This document shows positions 52,057 to 64,000 of a stretch of 64,000 nucleotides of DNA, in pieces. Source of the DNA: Eledone cirrhosa (Eukaryota); NCBI GenBank assembly GCA_964016885.1, contig OZ024740.1, positions 280,178,001 to 280,242,000 on the forward strand. Direction: 5' to 3'. Under the pieces are notes generated by a model. The model made no database searches. It was not told where the DNA came from and worked only from the letters and a program-made list of their open reading frames with translations. Both the position numbers and the translations under genes were made by a program. Position 1 is the stretch's first letter; every line of letters starts with the position of its first letter.

Positions 52057-52727
52057 TCACTCCTTTGGACAGCGTTTGACTTATGTCAGACGCTGTGACC
52101 CCGGATTGACCAGTAGTACCGTTAGTAGGGGTCGAAACTGCCCAAGTCCATCTCAACGGCCGATGACCATGGAATTCTGTGTCGTTCATTTGTGTATTTA
52201 TTTTTTAAAAATAATTTTTTAAGGTTTCCCCTTAATAAATCGTTTTTCGTTTTATTTTGTTTCCATTCGTCGTCTTGTTCTTTCTTTGATAATTTTCTTA
52301 AGTTTACCTAATAATGTGACGAACGTGTTTTTCTCTTCTCCCCAATTTATTGTAATGGCTTACATTTTCTAACACAATATCTTACATTCTTCCTTTCTTT
52401 TTTCTTCCTTTTTTTCTTTGTTTCACTCATGTTTCACGTGCTATGTGAGGCACCAGATATTTTCCTTAACGTCACTTAAAATTGTATATGTTTGTAGCTT
52501 AAAGGCTATACATTACTGTTTGTCTTTCTTCTTTCACTCATTTGGATAGCGTTTGGCTTATGTCAGACGCTGTGACCTCGGATGAACCAGCAGTATTGTT
52601 GGTAGGGGTCGAAACTGCCCAGCTCTATCTCAACGGCCGAGTTCTGTGTTCTTCGTTTGTATATTTATTCTAAAAAATAATTTGTTTTTCGTTTTGTTTT
52701 GTTTCCATTCGTCATCTTGTCCTTCTT
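52057..52727 (+). repeat. Two diverged direct copies (about 52057-52287 and 52534-52727) of a structured element
   Basis: Shared hairpin-rich head and T-rich tail. Confidence 0.8.
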
Positions 52728-52779
52728 AGATGTTATGTGACTTTTTAGACCAGACATACTTTTAAAAAACTTTCACATA

Positions 52780-55600
52780 AATCACATATTAGTTTTGGTG
52801 CAGCTTGAACTGCCTGTACTGTCTGATCTTGATGAACTTTGAAATGTCTCTTCCGAACTCCTTGAGATGCAGACCTTGTGATATACATGGCATTGATAAG
52901 AGTGAACTGGTATGTATGTTCTGTAGTCAGGAAGTGCCCTACTTTGTACTCTATGAGAGATTTAAATCGAGTCTCAGACTGGCAGATTTTGCCACAGACT
53001 AAACAAGTAAAAGTTCAGAGTTGGGAATGAATGGATCCCATTTTATTTTCAGAATTTGGCGTAAGTATTTTTAATGGAATCATTCCAGGAATCTGAAAAA
53101 AAAATTTAAAAACAGACATTTTTGTTTTACTGTTGATATGTCTTTAACCAGACACGAGATTCTAAACTAGCAAAAGATTTTGCTACCTTTTGAATTCTTA
53201 GAAATATTTCTGAATCCAATGCTCCATCTTTATTCACTGCACTCACAAGGTATATGAAGGATTCAATAGTCTTAAGAAGATTACCTTTCACATATATTTT
53301 AGGTTGATGCACAACTTGACCAGACGCAGGTTAACACAAAACAACTGTTGTCTTTAAATTTATAGTTAAACCAAAGATACCTCATGTCTAATCAAATGCA
53401 GAAATCAACGATTACAATCTATGCTCAGCATGACTGGCAAGGACCCAGTCATCCACATAAGTAGGTCTCTTATTACTGAGGTGAACATTTTGTTCTTAAA
53501 TTTCATCCTTGCTGAATTAAAGACATTTCCTGTGGTATGATATCTTACATACACCACTTCATTGTTGTTTTGGAAAGAATGATATGTCACGGCAGCAAAA
53601 CATATTGCAAAGAAAGTTGGTGCATGAAGGTCTCCCCATTTCACACCACTTTCTATTGTAAAAGGCGAAGAGATTGTACTCCCAAAGTTAACTCTGACTT
53701 CCATGTTTTTATGAAGGGCTCTCAATATATTTACAACTATTTGAGGGCTTCCAAATTCACACAAAACCAGCCAAAAGGAATTCCTATTAACAGTATCGAA
53801 AGCCTTACTGAGATCAACAAAACAATGGTAGAGAGCAAGGTTATATTCGATACATTTTCCCCATAGTTGTCCGACTGTGAAGATCATATCATTAATGTCT
53901 CTATTCGTTCAAAAACCACACTGTGTCTCTGATACGACTTTATGGCACTATGAACTTATTAAGCTGTTCAAAAAGAGCACCTGCGAGAACCTTACTGACA
54001 AAAGACAATTGGGAACTGCCCTAAAATTGGTCTTTTACATCGGATTCAAAAAGGGAGACCAAGAGAGCATCAATCTAGTCTTGCAATACCCCTTCTTTCA
54101 CCAACAAAGGGATATTACTGTGTGTAAAAGTTCTACTATTTTTTCACCCCCATGCTTGAAAACCTCGGCATTAATACCATTCTGGTCAGGAGATTTATTG
54201 TTATTTAGTTATTTGTACAGCAGAAGCAATATCATTTCTAGTTAGATCTGGCACCATTTCATCTACAATTGAATAGTTTTCCATTAATTCAATATTTATG
54301 TCAACATTAGAAAATCTGTTAAGGGGCTCAGAAAGGTGTTCTACTCTATGATGCTGAATGGAACCATATCAGTCAAGAGTGACTGACCATCCGCAGCTCT
54401 TACAGGTGATATTGAAGAGGATTGTTGACAATATACTTCTTTAATATAAAATAACAATGCCTTAGTATCATTGTGATCTCCTGCCCCTTGTGCTTGTTTG
54501 GCTTTGTTTCACCATTAGTGATGCTTAATATTTCTCAAAACATTTTGAACCTGCCTTTTTAGTTGCCTTTAAGAGTCATTAGAATTAGGATTGATTAATT
54601 GAGAAAAATGTTTTGACAGAGATGCTGTTTGTCCTTAAGTAAGTCACACATTTCAGGGTTGTAATCTGTAACCCAGTCATTGGATCTCCTTGAAAGACTT
54701 TTATCTTAAATTCATCCCTAAGAATGCTCGGATCAAGTGTGATATTATCTAAGACACTAAGAAAATTGTTAATAGAATCAAAGTATTGAAATTTGCCACA
54801 TTAAGTTTCTTTTGTATTTTTCTCCAAGAGTGTTTAGCTTTTAGTGTTATTGTTAGATTGAGTATGGCTCCGACTAGACAATGATCAGTCAAGTACTCTG
54901 TCCCTCTCATCGTGCGCGCACTACATACATCTTTTACATCACATTTAAACTAAAATATAATCAACAAGATGCCAGTCTTCAGATCTTGGATGCATCCAAG
55001 TTGTTTTACATTTATTTTTCTCTAGAAAGAAAGTGTTTGCTATTAAATGTTGATATTCAATGCAAAAAGTAAGGAGTAAAACATCATTTCGATTACATTT
55101 CCCTACACCATGTTTACTCAAGGCAGATCATGTTATGAAATCAGATCCAACCTCCTAGTTGAAGTAACCCATAATTACTAGCTCATCAGCAGCTGGCACA
55201 TTTCTCACTAATTCTCGAGGTTTGTTGTAGAATTGTTCAACAGATTGGTCTGTGAGTGATATTGTGGAAGCGTAAACAAATATCTTATGGTAAGGTGTTG
55301 CCTTCTTTTCAAATGCAGACGACATGGCATATGTTTTGAGAAGCCATTGGCATAATTTTCAAAAGATGTGATGAGAGAGTTTCTATCAGCCAAGCCAACA
55401 CCCGATTCTCCTTTAACATTCTGATATATCTTTCCAAAAGAAAGTGTAACCAAAATCAACTTTCATTGAGCTGAATATCCTCATGTAAGCCTGCCTCAAA
55501 GAGAGCTACTATATCTAACGAATATCTTTTCAACTCATGAGCGATCAATGCGGTTCGTTTCTCTGGTCTTTGAATCAAATTGTGGTCAACTAGAGTACGC
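52780..55600 (-). mobile_element. Old near-full-length RTE LINE (endonuclease to RT)
   Basis: RPEKRTALIAHELKRY.LDIVAL.E; CFVDLSKAFDTVNR; many stops. Confidence 0.88.
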
Positions 55601-55642
55601 AGGATAACGACCGGGCCCAGTCTGCGGCGCACTAGGGTACCT

Positions 55643-55854
55643 GACACACACACACACGCACACGCACACGCACGCGCACGCACGCGCACGCACGCACGCG
55701 CACGCACGCACGCGCACGCACGCACGCGCACGCACGCACGCGCACGCACGCACGCGCACGCACGCGCACGCACGCACGCGCACGCACGCACGCGCACGCA
55801 CGCGCACGCACGCGCACGCACGCGCACGCACGCACGCGCACGCACGCGCACGCA

Positions 55855-55919
<65 letters not shown>

Positions 55920-55924
55920 ACACA

Positions 55925-56005
<81 letters not shown>

Positions 56006-56006
56006 G
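55643..56006. repeat. (CA)n / (CGCA)n alternating purine-pyrimidine tract
   Basis: Direct reading. Confidence 0.97.
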
Positions 56007-56477
56007 TATATATAGATTCATATATAGATATAGAAGAAATATGAATTTCGAAATGAATTAAATCTAAATGTATAAACATACCTCTTAAGACACTTGAAAA
56101 AAAATATCCATTTCTTCAGTTGTATGAACAAGGTTATTTAATAAATAAACTGCGTTTATGAGAAATAAAGAGAAGATAACCTCCGCTAAATAATAGGTAG
56201 AGCATAGAGATGAATAACCTTGTGCTTGATTGGCTTTGTCCCACTACTATTGATGTTTAATATTTCTCAAAACTTTTTGAACCATAAAATATGTGCGTGC
56301 GTATCCAACTTACATTTGAGAAACACATAAATAATAAAATTTGACTGATGTCAAGAAAGAAGATTAAAAAACCCGGAAGAGTTTCCTTATCGCATGAATA
56401 AATATTTAGTCTTGTCTAAAATTGTGGTATGTTTATAAATTCTAGAAAGACCATACTGTTATGACATTATAAAGAAA

Positions 56478-57217
56478 AGCAGAAAAACCACCCTACGAGT
56501 GGTTTTCTGCTAGCATGTGTAGTGTGTATATTGATATTATGCGCAGGCATATATACATGTAGATATGATAGATCAAATAATTGACAATATACACAGAAAT
56601 TGAACGAAGACTGCGTTACACTGTCTTATGTATTTAGTAACGTAATCCATGATACATTAAAAAAGACGATATTATATATAAACTGTATTAGAAGAAAATT
56701 AGTATGTTTATTTAAGCGATCGCCACCGGAAGTGTTGACATCACACACTCTCTCTTTCTATATATATGGTAGTTGAAGTGGTTGTGGTGGCGACGATATA
56801 CCCGAAGTGCAATTTTGAAAAGCAGTCAACTTTAAATTATTTATTTTTACGAAATTATTTTTGTTTACGAAATTGAGTAGATAAATTATGTAATATTTAT
56901 TCATTATTTATTCAAAGTAAGGTGGATTATTCAAAGGCGGTGGATTGGCAATATTGGTAGAGTGTCGGATGCCATGCTTTGACGCATAGAGTTACGGCCC
57001 TTGCCATTCTGAGTTCAAATCCCGCCGTGGTTAACTTTGCCTTTCATCCTTACGGGGTCGATAAAATAAAGTACCAGTAATACACTGGGTAATTGCTGGC
57101 CTTGTGCCTAACGTAGAAACAATTATTTATTCAAAGTAATCCAACTTATTTTACAAACGGGATAAAAATAATAAACCGTACGCAATCCCGCAGACCTTCC
57201 TTTATTATAGTTTAGAT
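56478..57217 (-). mobile_element. Helitron-like element with a nested SINE A (56935-57124, + strand)
   Basis: Homologous to 28404-28728; attatttattcaaagtaa is duplicated around the SINE. Confidence 0.75.
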
Positions 57218-57327
57218 AATAATTTGGATTAAGTTTGAGTTCATTCAGTTTCCATGTTTATAATTTTGATCATGTCTTTCTCACGCATACATACATACAT
57301 ACATACATACATACCTACATACATACA

Positions 57328-57358
<31 letters not shown>

Positions 57359-57710
57359 GTGTTTGAATAGGTGTACACATTAAAGAAGATATAGTCAATT
57401 TATATATTATATTAAATTCAAATTTTGTAATTCCTGATATTAAGGGGAAACCAGATCTCGCTTTGGGTACCGTTTTGGAATAATAGCTAAATATCTTTAA
57501 GCACTTTACCAAACATTTCAATTAACCCGCCACCATCCTCAATTACGTCCCAGTTCATGCATGGAGTTATCTTTCATCATGATTCAAACATCCTGGGGAA
57601 GAACAGAGAGAAAATTCTAATTTACCCATTAGTCTCTCCTTAGCGCATAGGCATTATCGTACGCCTCCTATTATCATAGTCAGATATATGCGTCTTCCCC
57701 AACTCTATCC

Positions 57711-57819
<109 letters not shown>

Positions 57820-57989
57820 GTGACGTTTTTTTACAAAATGAAAAATAACCGAGGTGTCCTACACGAGTGAAAGTATAAAGAAAAAAAGATGAAATCGAAA
57901 ATGCAACTGGAGTCTTATTTAAAAAAACTATATATATATTTATTTATATATATATGTATATATGTATGTATGTATGTATATATATGTAT

Positions 57990-58130
57990 ACAAAAGGCAA
58001 ATAGAAATAACAAAGATAACAAAGCAAACGACACAGTACAATGAAGAAATGTATTATTAGTTTTATGCTTGGTATAGTAGGAAGTAATCTTAACCGTTCA
58101 GACGCTAGTCCTTTATCAGAAAATTACATG
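57990..58130 (-). mobile_element. Penelope-like terminal repeat remnant with degenerate hammerhead
   Basis: gtaatttt-CTGATAA-aggac tagc gtct-GAA-cgg-TT-aagattac; the tail resembles 40010-40055. Confidence 0.55.
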
Positions 58131-58214
58131 AGAAATCAAAGAAGAGATAGAAAGATAGAAGAAAGAGTCAGTGGCAGAAGTGTTTTTATTGGCAGCTTGA
58201 CCCTCCCAAAATAT

Positions 58215-58277
<63 letters not shown>

Positions 58278-58599
58278 CGTTGTTCCTTCTATCTGGAGTT
58301 GCGACCGATAAACAGTATTATCAATTGGAAAGACCAACGGGAACGTGGTTTCCTCGGTCCGATTTGACGAAAGTCGATCGACAAATATTTTGTTCAGAAA
58401 CTACGAAACGACGCCACTTTACACACAAAACCATATTATCATTTTGCTACTTCCCAGGGGACGTTTGTATAATATTTATTTTGTAATATAAAGCAGTAAT
58501 ATGTGTAAATTCAATTTTTACAACTGGTATTTTAAAAATCTGACAATCTTATAATTATCTTCTTAACCACTCTCTGGAATAAAAGAAAAGATGACAAAG

Positions 58600-58843
58600 A
58601 GGGAGGTACAGAAGAGAAGAGAGGAGAGAGAGAGGCAGCGAGTAGAGAGGAGAGGAGAGAGAGAGAGGCAGAGAGAAGAGAAGAGTGGAGAGAGAGAGAG
58701 GCAGAGAGAAGAGAAGAGAGGAGAGGAGAGAGAGAGAGGCAGAGAGAAGAGAGGCAGAGAGAAGAGAAGAGAGGAGAGAGGGAGAGAGGCAGAGAGAAGA
58801 GAAGAGAGGAGAGAGAGAGGCAGAGAGAAGAGAGAGAGAGGCA

Positions 58844-58900
<57 letters not shown>
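58600..58900. repeat. GA-rich polypurine tract
   Basis: Direct reading. Confidence 0.95.
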
Positions 58901-58904
<4 letters not shown>

Positions 58905-59243
58905 GATAAGGAGAGGGCGTGAGAGAGTAGGGATAGAATGCGTAAGATAACACCGAAGCGAAAAAAACCCAGAAAGTGGAATAGAAAGACATAGAAAATG
59001 AGACACAGATGGGTGGGGAGACAAGGAGAGATATATAGATACATAAATAAATAGAGAACTAGGAAGTCGTCAGTCGGGAGCACTTCAATGGAGGGCGTAC
59101 TCGGGGAAAGAGAGATCACTGTTACAGTGGTAGAAACACCACAGAGAGGAGACAAAATGTCTGTGAGAAAACAGTTGGTGTTGTGGTAAGCGATCTCATA
59201 TTAAACAGTTGGGTGACATTTTTGGGTGATGATGTTTAAAATA

Positions 59244-59667
59244 ATTGTTTCTACTTTTGGCACAAGGCCAACAATTACCCAATGCATTACTGGTACTTTA
59301 TTCTATCGACCCCGGAAGGATGAAAGGCAAAGTTAACCTCCGCGGGATTTGAACTCAGATCATACAGGCAGGTAACTCTATGCTTCAAAACATGGCATCC
59401 GACCCTCTACCGATACTGCCAATCCATGTTTAAAATAATGGTTTCTCATATTTCCTAGTATAGGCACAAGGCCAGTAATTTGGGGTGGGGGAGGGAAAAG
59501 TCGATTAAATCGACCCAGTACATTACTGGTACTTTATTTTATCGACTTCGTAAGGATGAAAGGCAAAGTTAACCTCGGCGGGATTTGAACTCAGACCACA
59601 AAGGGCCGTAACTCTTTGCTATAAAGTATGGCGTCAGACCCTCTACTGATACTGCCAATCCACCGCC
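59244..59667 (-). mobile_element. Two adjacent SINE family A copies
   Basis: The first (about 59244-59425) is flanked by TSD atgtttaaaataat. Confidence 0.9.
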
Positions 59668-60100
59668 TTCCATTGAAATAATACACGAACAAAAGTCAGC
59701 AGACCTAATGAACATTACAAAAACAACAACAAATAAACAAAAAACACAAAAATAATTTCTATTTCCTATTTAATTGTTCACTATCCAGCTGAGATATAGG
59801 ATACATATACATAATGGATCACCATGGGTTTCGACGATGTGTGTTCTTGTTATTCAAGCAACGAAATAACCTGCTTGTGGAATTAAGTTGCAAGTTACTG
59901 AGCATTCTACAGACACGTGTACAAATAAAACAATTCCCAGGGAGATTCAGCGTGACAAATTCTCTGATAAGATTAACATATTGAATTCCAGACATTGAAT
60001 TACCATCCCATTGAAGTACATTTTATGGACTTCCAAACAGTTTCCGTCAACTCAATTTACACAGTAGGATCGAACCTGTGATCTCAAAGCTACGCAGCAA

Positions 60101-60101
<1 letters not shown>

Positions 60102-60131
<30 letters not shown>

Positions 60132-60279
60132 CTTCTTCTTCTTCTTCTTCTTCTTCTTCTTCTTCTTCTTCTTCTTCTTCTTCTTCTTCTTCTTCTTCTT
60201 CTTCTTCTTCTTCTTCTTCTTCTTCTTCTTCTTCTTCTTCTTCTTCTTCTTCTTCTTCTTCTTCTTCTTCTTCTTCTTC
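60102..60279. repeat. Pure (CTT)n/(GAA)n tract
   Basis: Direct reading; abuts the 3' end of a LINE. Confidence 0.98.
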
Positions 60280-60915
60280 TATACATCCGTTACCGTGCCA
60301 TGTCCAGCTCACCCTCTCTAGCATTGCTGTCTGAAGTTCCCTTGCTTCCCGCTCGTTGTCATTTTCAAGAACATCCTTCGGAGTAGTGGCTGGTCTCCCA
60401 ACTCGTCTGTTCATATCAGGTTTCCAGAAAAGAACTCTACCAGCAGGTTCATTGTGACGTTTCATATGTCCGGCTAATGCGATCCTCCTACGCCATATGA
60501 TGTCAGAAATGTGAGGGTGTGAGCCGTAGTGCAATTTATGCGCTACATGTGTTCTCCAAGATATTTTCCTGACCTTTCTCAGCATCTAGGTGAATGTGCC
60601 ATTAATCCACTTTGTGAATGTTTTTGTTAGTGTCCATTATTCACATCTCTAGAGGAGAATGTACTCAACTGTTGCTTTAAATAGCCTCATTTTTGTGGTT
60701 TTCTTGATCGGAGACACCCACATTTTTGATAGAGAGTTGAGAGCCCCCATGCCTTGGCTATCCTGGTGTCCACATCATGCTCAGTGTTCATAAAACTGCC
60801 AAGATACATGAAGTCATCGACTTCCTCAATTTCCGAACCGTCCAGCGCATGCATTTATTTATTTGACGTTGCAAGGAGATGCATTCATTTTGTTTTGTCA
60901 GCATATTCATTGTCC
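60280..60915 (-). mobile_element. RTE-like LINE 3' fragment
   Basis: EEVDDFMYLG, RRRIALAGHMKRH..FWKP..RVGRP. Confidence 0.85.
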
Positions 60916-61823
60916 AATGGATAAATATAAATTTGTACAGACGGTACAAGATTTAACCAAAGCGAGAAAAGGAAAGGAGCCGATCGTCAGATCGGACCAT
61001 TGAAACAATGTTTCCATTGTTCTTTCATTCTTGATACTTTATGCCAGTTGAAACTCTTGACAGAAGAAGGCCAGATTTGAACTCACAGAGCTGGATCAAA
61101 TTTCGCAAATCAAACCATCCAACGTTTGATAATTCCGCCAGTTTACCACTCCCTGGACTGGTACTATATTTATAAACACCGAAAGGATGAAAGGGTAAGT
61201 TCACTTCGGAGGGATTTGAACTAAGTCAGGAAAAATACCTGGGTATTTAATCCGACACCACTAACGACTCTGCTTTCTCGCCGACGTAACTTGCATAACA
61301 CCACCAAATATATGATACGCAAACATTTCGTCATATAAATCAAGTTCTTGCTACTTCTAGCTTGTGTATTCTGCCTTCTGAGTTCAAATCTAGTGTGTTA
61401 TCTTTTTGTTGCCAATAAATAAAATAAAACTCCAGTATTGGAGTCGATCTTTCTTTCTCTCTAGAAGAAATCAACTGTGGTCAGAGGCGGTGAGGGATGG
61501 GCTCCGTCAGATTTAGATGTCAAAGACATCTATTTCACGACGGCGCTTAAACAGCTCTATCGAGTATTGAGAGCCACAGCATGGTAAGACATTTTATATC
61601 TAAGCCAAGCTGCAATACATCATTTCAGTTTTGTGAGCACCAAATCTTCCATTCTTTTGTTAATTTTGTTTTTGAGGTAGACTTCGAGCAAAATGGTTAG
61701 ATAACATACAGCTGGTTTCGTTTGGGGATCCAGCCGGATCAATTTGAGATGGTTGCTTCTACCAGGACCCGCTGGAAGGAGTGTTGGAGGACTCTTCCCC
61801 CACGACCCTGTCAGGAATAAGTG

Positions 61824-61884
<61 letters not shown>

Positions 61885-61888
<4 letters not shown>

Positions 61889-62965
61889 TTTTCTTTATTA
61901 ACCACAAGGGTTTACACAAAGTAGACATTAAGGACAGTACAGGACAATACAGGACGGTACAAATGGGCATTTCTGCGTGTAAAAAAAACAGAGGTTGAAA
62001 TAAAAGGTGGAAAACTGGGAGAGGGCACTTGCCCTGGTGGTCAGGGCCACTGTGGTCTTTTAATGGGCTTTCTCCACAAATGTCCCTCGGAAGTCTCCCC
62101 CCTATTGGGGAATTTTTCTTTGTTATAATAATAATAATAATAATAATGTTTTCTTTAATAACCACAAGGGTTTACATAAAGTAGACATTAAGGACAGTAC
62201 AGGAAAATACAGGACGGTACAAATGGGCAATTCTGCGTAAAAAAACCCCCCAAAAACAGAGGGTGTAACAAAAAAAGAACAATGAAAAATTCCCCAATAG
62301 GGGGGAGACTTCCGAGGGCCATCGTGGAGAAAGCCCATTAAATAAAAAGCCACGGTGACCCTGACAACCAGGGCAAGTGCCCTCTCCCAGTTTTCCACCT
62401 TCAATTTACCTTCAAATACTCAGAGTAGGTCCATTCACACGGGCCATTCTTGCCACTCTCAATCCTTCTTTCAACCAAATGCTGGGAAGATAACACTTCC
62501 CTAACTACCCTGATTTTCCTTTTCAGGGCATCACCGAAGAGGCATTTCTGCGTGTACAAAAAAAACAGAGGATGTAATAAAAAATAACAATGAAAAATTC
62601 CCCAATAGAGGGGAGACTTCCGAAGGACATTTGTGGAGAAAGCCGATTAAAAGGCCACAGTGACCCTGACCTCTCTACCCTGATTTTCCTTCTCAAATGA
62701 AATTTGAAAAAGTTAATCAGGGCATCACCGAAGAGGTAAGTGCTCGTCTTCAGCCCTTTCAAACGTGTCCACCATACTATCTCTTTCGCCATGGCCACCA
62801 GACAGATAAAAACTGCCTGCCCTTCCCGGCTAAAGGAAGAGGGCGGGGGTAATCCTCACGATGGACTCAGCTGATAGCTGGATCCGTCCTACACGTGACA
62901 GCAGGTGTTCGACATAAACCCACAAGTCAGCAACGCTCGGACACTGGAGCATTTCTGACTTGTGG
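61885..62965 (-). mobile_element. Cluster of Tx1/L1-like 3' ends in (TAA)n
   Basis: Repeated 3' UTR ending cccttgtggttaataaagaaaacatt; AMAKEIVWWTR C-terminal motif; another copy at about 63840-63940. Confidence 0.75.
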
Positions 62966-62982
62966 GTTTAATAATAATAATA

Positions 62983-63830
62983 AAATCCCTTCATAGTACC
63001 TTCTTTGAGAAAACTGAATTCAGAGATCCACAGACATGGAACTGGTTGAAAAGAGGAGACCTTAAAAAGGCTACAGAAGGAATGCTAATGGCTGCGCAAG
63101 AGCAGGCCCTCAAAACGAAGTGGCTGAAACACCATATTTACAAGGAGGAGGCTGGCCCACTGCGTAGGATCTGTGGAGAGAGAGAGGAGACTGTGGTTCA
63201 CATTGTATCCGAGTGTAAACATCTAGCCCAGACTCACTATAAGTGCTGGAGACATGATGTGAAGGGCAGGGTGAATCCACTGGCATTTATGCAAAGTAAA
63301 TAATTTACCACATTCTGAGAAGTGGTATGAGCATAAGCCAGAGTCGGTGATAGAAAACGATCAGGTGAAGGTGCTGTAGGATTTTAGGATACAGACGGCC
63401 AAGAAACTGGAACACAATAGACCTGACCTGGTGGTTTTGGACAAGGAAAAAAGATCGTACCTGATTGTGGATGTAGCCTGCCCATTCGACACGAGATTGC
63501 AAGAAAAGGAGAGGGAGAAAATTAACCGACACCAGGACTTAAAGTGGAAGGTAAAAAGGATTTGGAACTGCCATGAGGTCAAAGTGGTCCCTATTGACAT
63601 AGGCGCACTAGGTACTATCTCAAAGAGTTTCCAAGGATGGTTAAAGAAAATTGGTCCCGCCCCGCTTTTTGGAACACTTCAAAAGGCATGCTTGCTGGGA
63701 ACAGCAAGAACCCTCCGATACATCCTGAATATCTGAGGCTGCAGGAAGCGGCTTGATATTCAATTCAACAAACTTTCCAGTTAAATAACATCAATGACTG
63801 AAACTCAAAGAACAATAATAATAATAATTA
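62983..63830 (+). mobile_element. R4/Dong-clade RLE retrotransposon, 5'-truncated
   Basis: TEGMLMAAQEQAL, C..EETV.HIVSEC..LA, RHD, RPDLVV.D..IVDVACP, VVPI.IGALG; (TAA)n on both sides. Confidence 0.92.
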
Positions 63831-64000
63831 TACTAATAATGCTTTCTTTATTAACCACAAGGGTTGACACAAAGTATAACATTAAGGACAGCACAGGACA
63901 ATACAAATGGGCATTTCCTCGTGTAAAGAAACAAAAACAGAATAATAATAATAATTTATGCAATATATTCATGCTAATTCAACCTGAGCACTTAACCTAT

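Noticed and set aside
57505-57615. Strong minus-strand acceptor ttttctctctgttcttccccag
   Set aside because: Downstream sequence has stops in all frames and no clear donor.
60047-60386. Poly-Arg, poly-Glu and poly-Leu ORFs
   Set aside because: These are translations of the (CTT)n tract.

Overview
This is eukaryotic, AT-rich, repeat-saturated DNA, not prokaryotic. The tRNA-derived SINE families, abundant RTE LINEs and very long (TA)/(TATG) microsatellites suggest an octopod cephalopod; that is an inference from repeat content. No intact protein-coding gene is evident, and the long ORFs in the track come from minisatellites, microsatellites or decayed transposons. The window contains several RTE-clade LINE families, Tx1/L1-like fragments, two R4/Dong-type RLE 3' ends, Penelope-like RT and GIY-YIG fragments with hammerhead-type motifs, an Hsmar2-like mariner, hAT and mariner MITEs, non-autonomous Helitrons and many SINE copies. 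There are three large 39-40 bp minisatellite arrays grown from one SINE/LINE-internal unit. The most notable observations are: (1) that expandable unit, with a conserved GTG-N7-CAC / CAC-N6-GTG dyad design; (2) a near-canonical minimal hammerhead at about 22375-22420, several degenerate relatives, and a duplicated three-helix RNA with a non-canonical hammerhead-like core at about 52065 and 52542; (3) a roughly 610 bp bipartite non-autonomous RTE element living in (TATG)n tracts; (4) repeated fold-back and twin-priming inversions; (5) an RFX X-box plus forkhead cluster at about 37200 that may mark the promoter of a minus-strand gene. Boundaries were read by eye and are approximate unless TSDs or TIRs are quoted.
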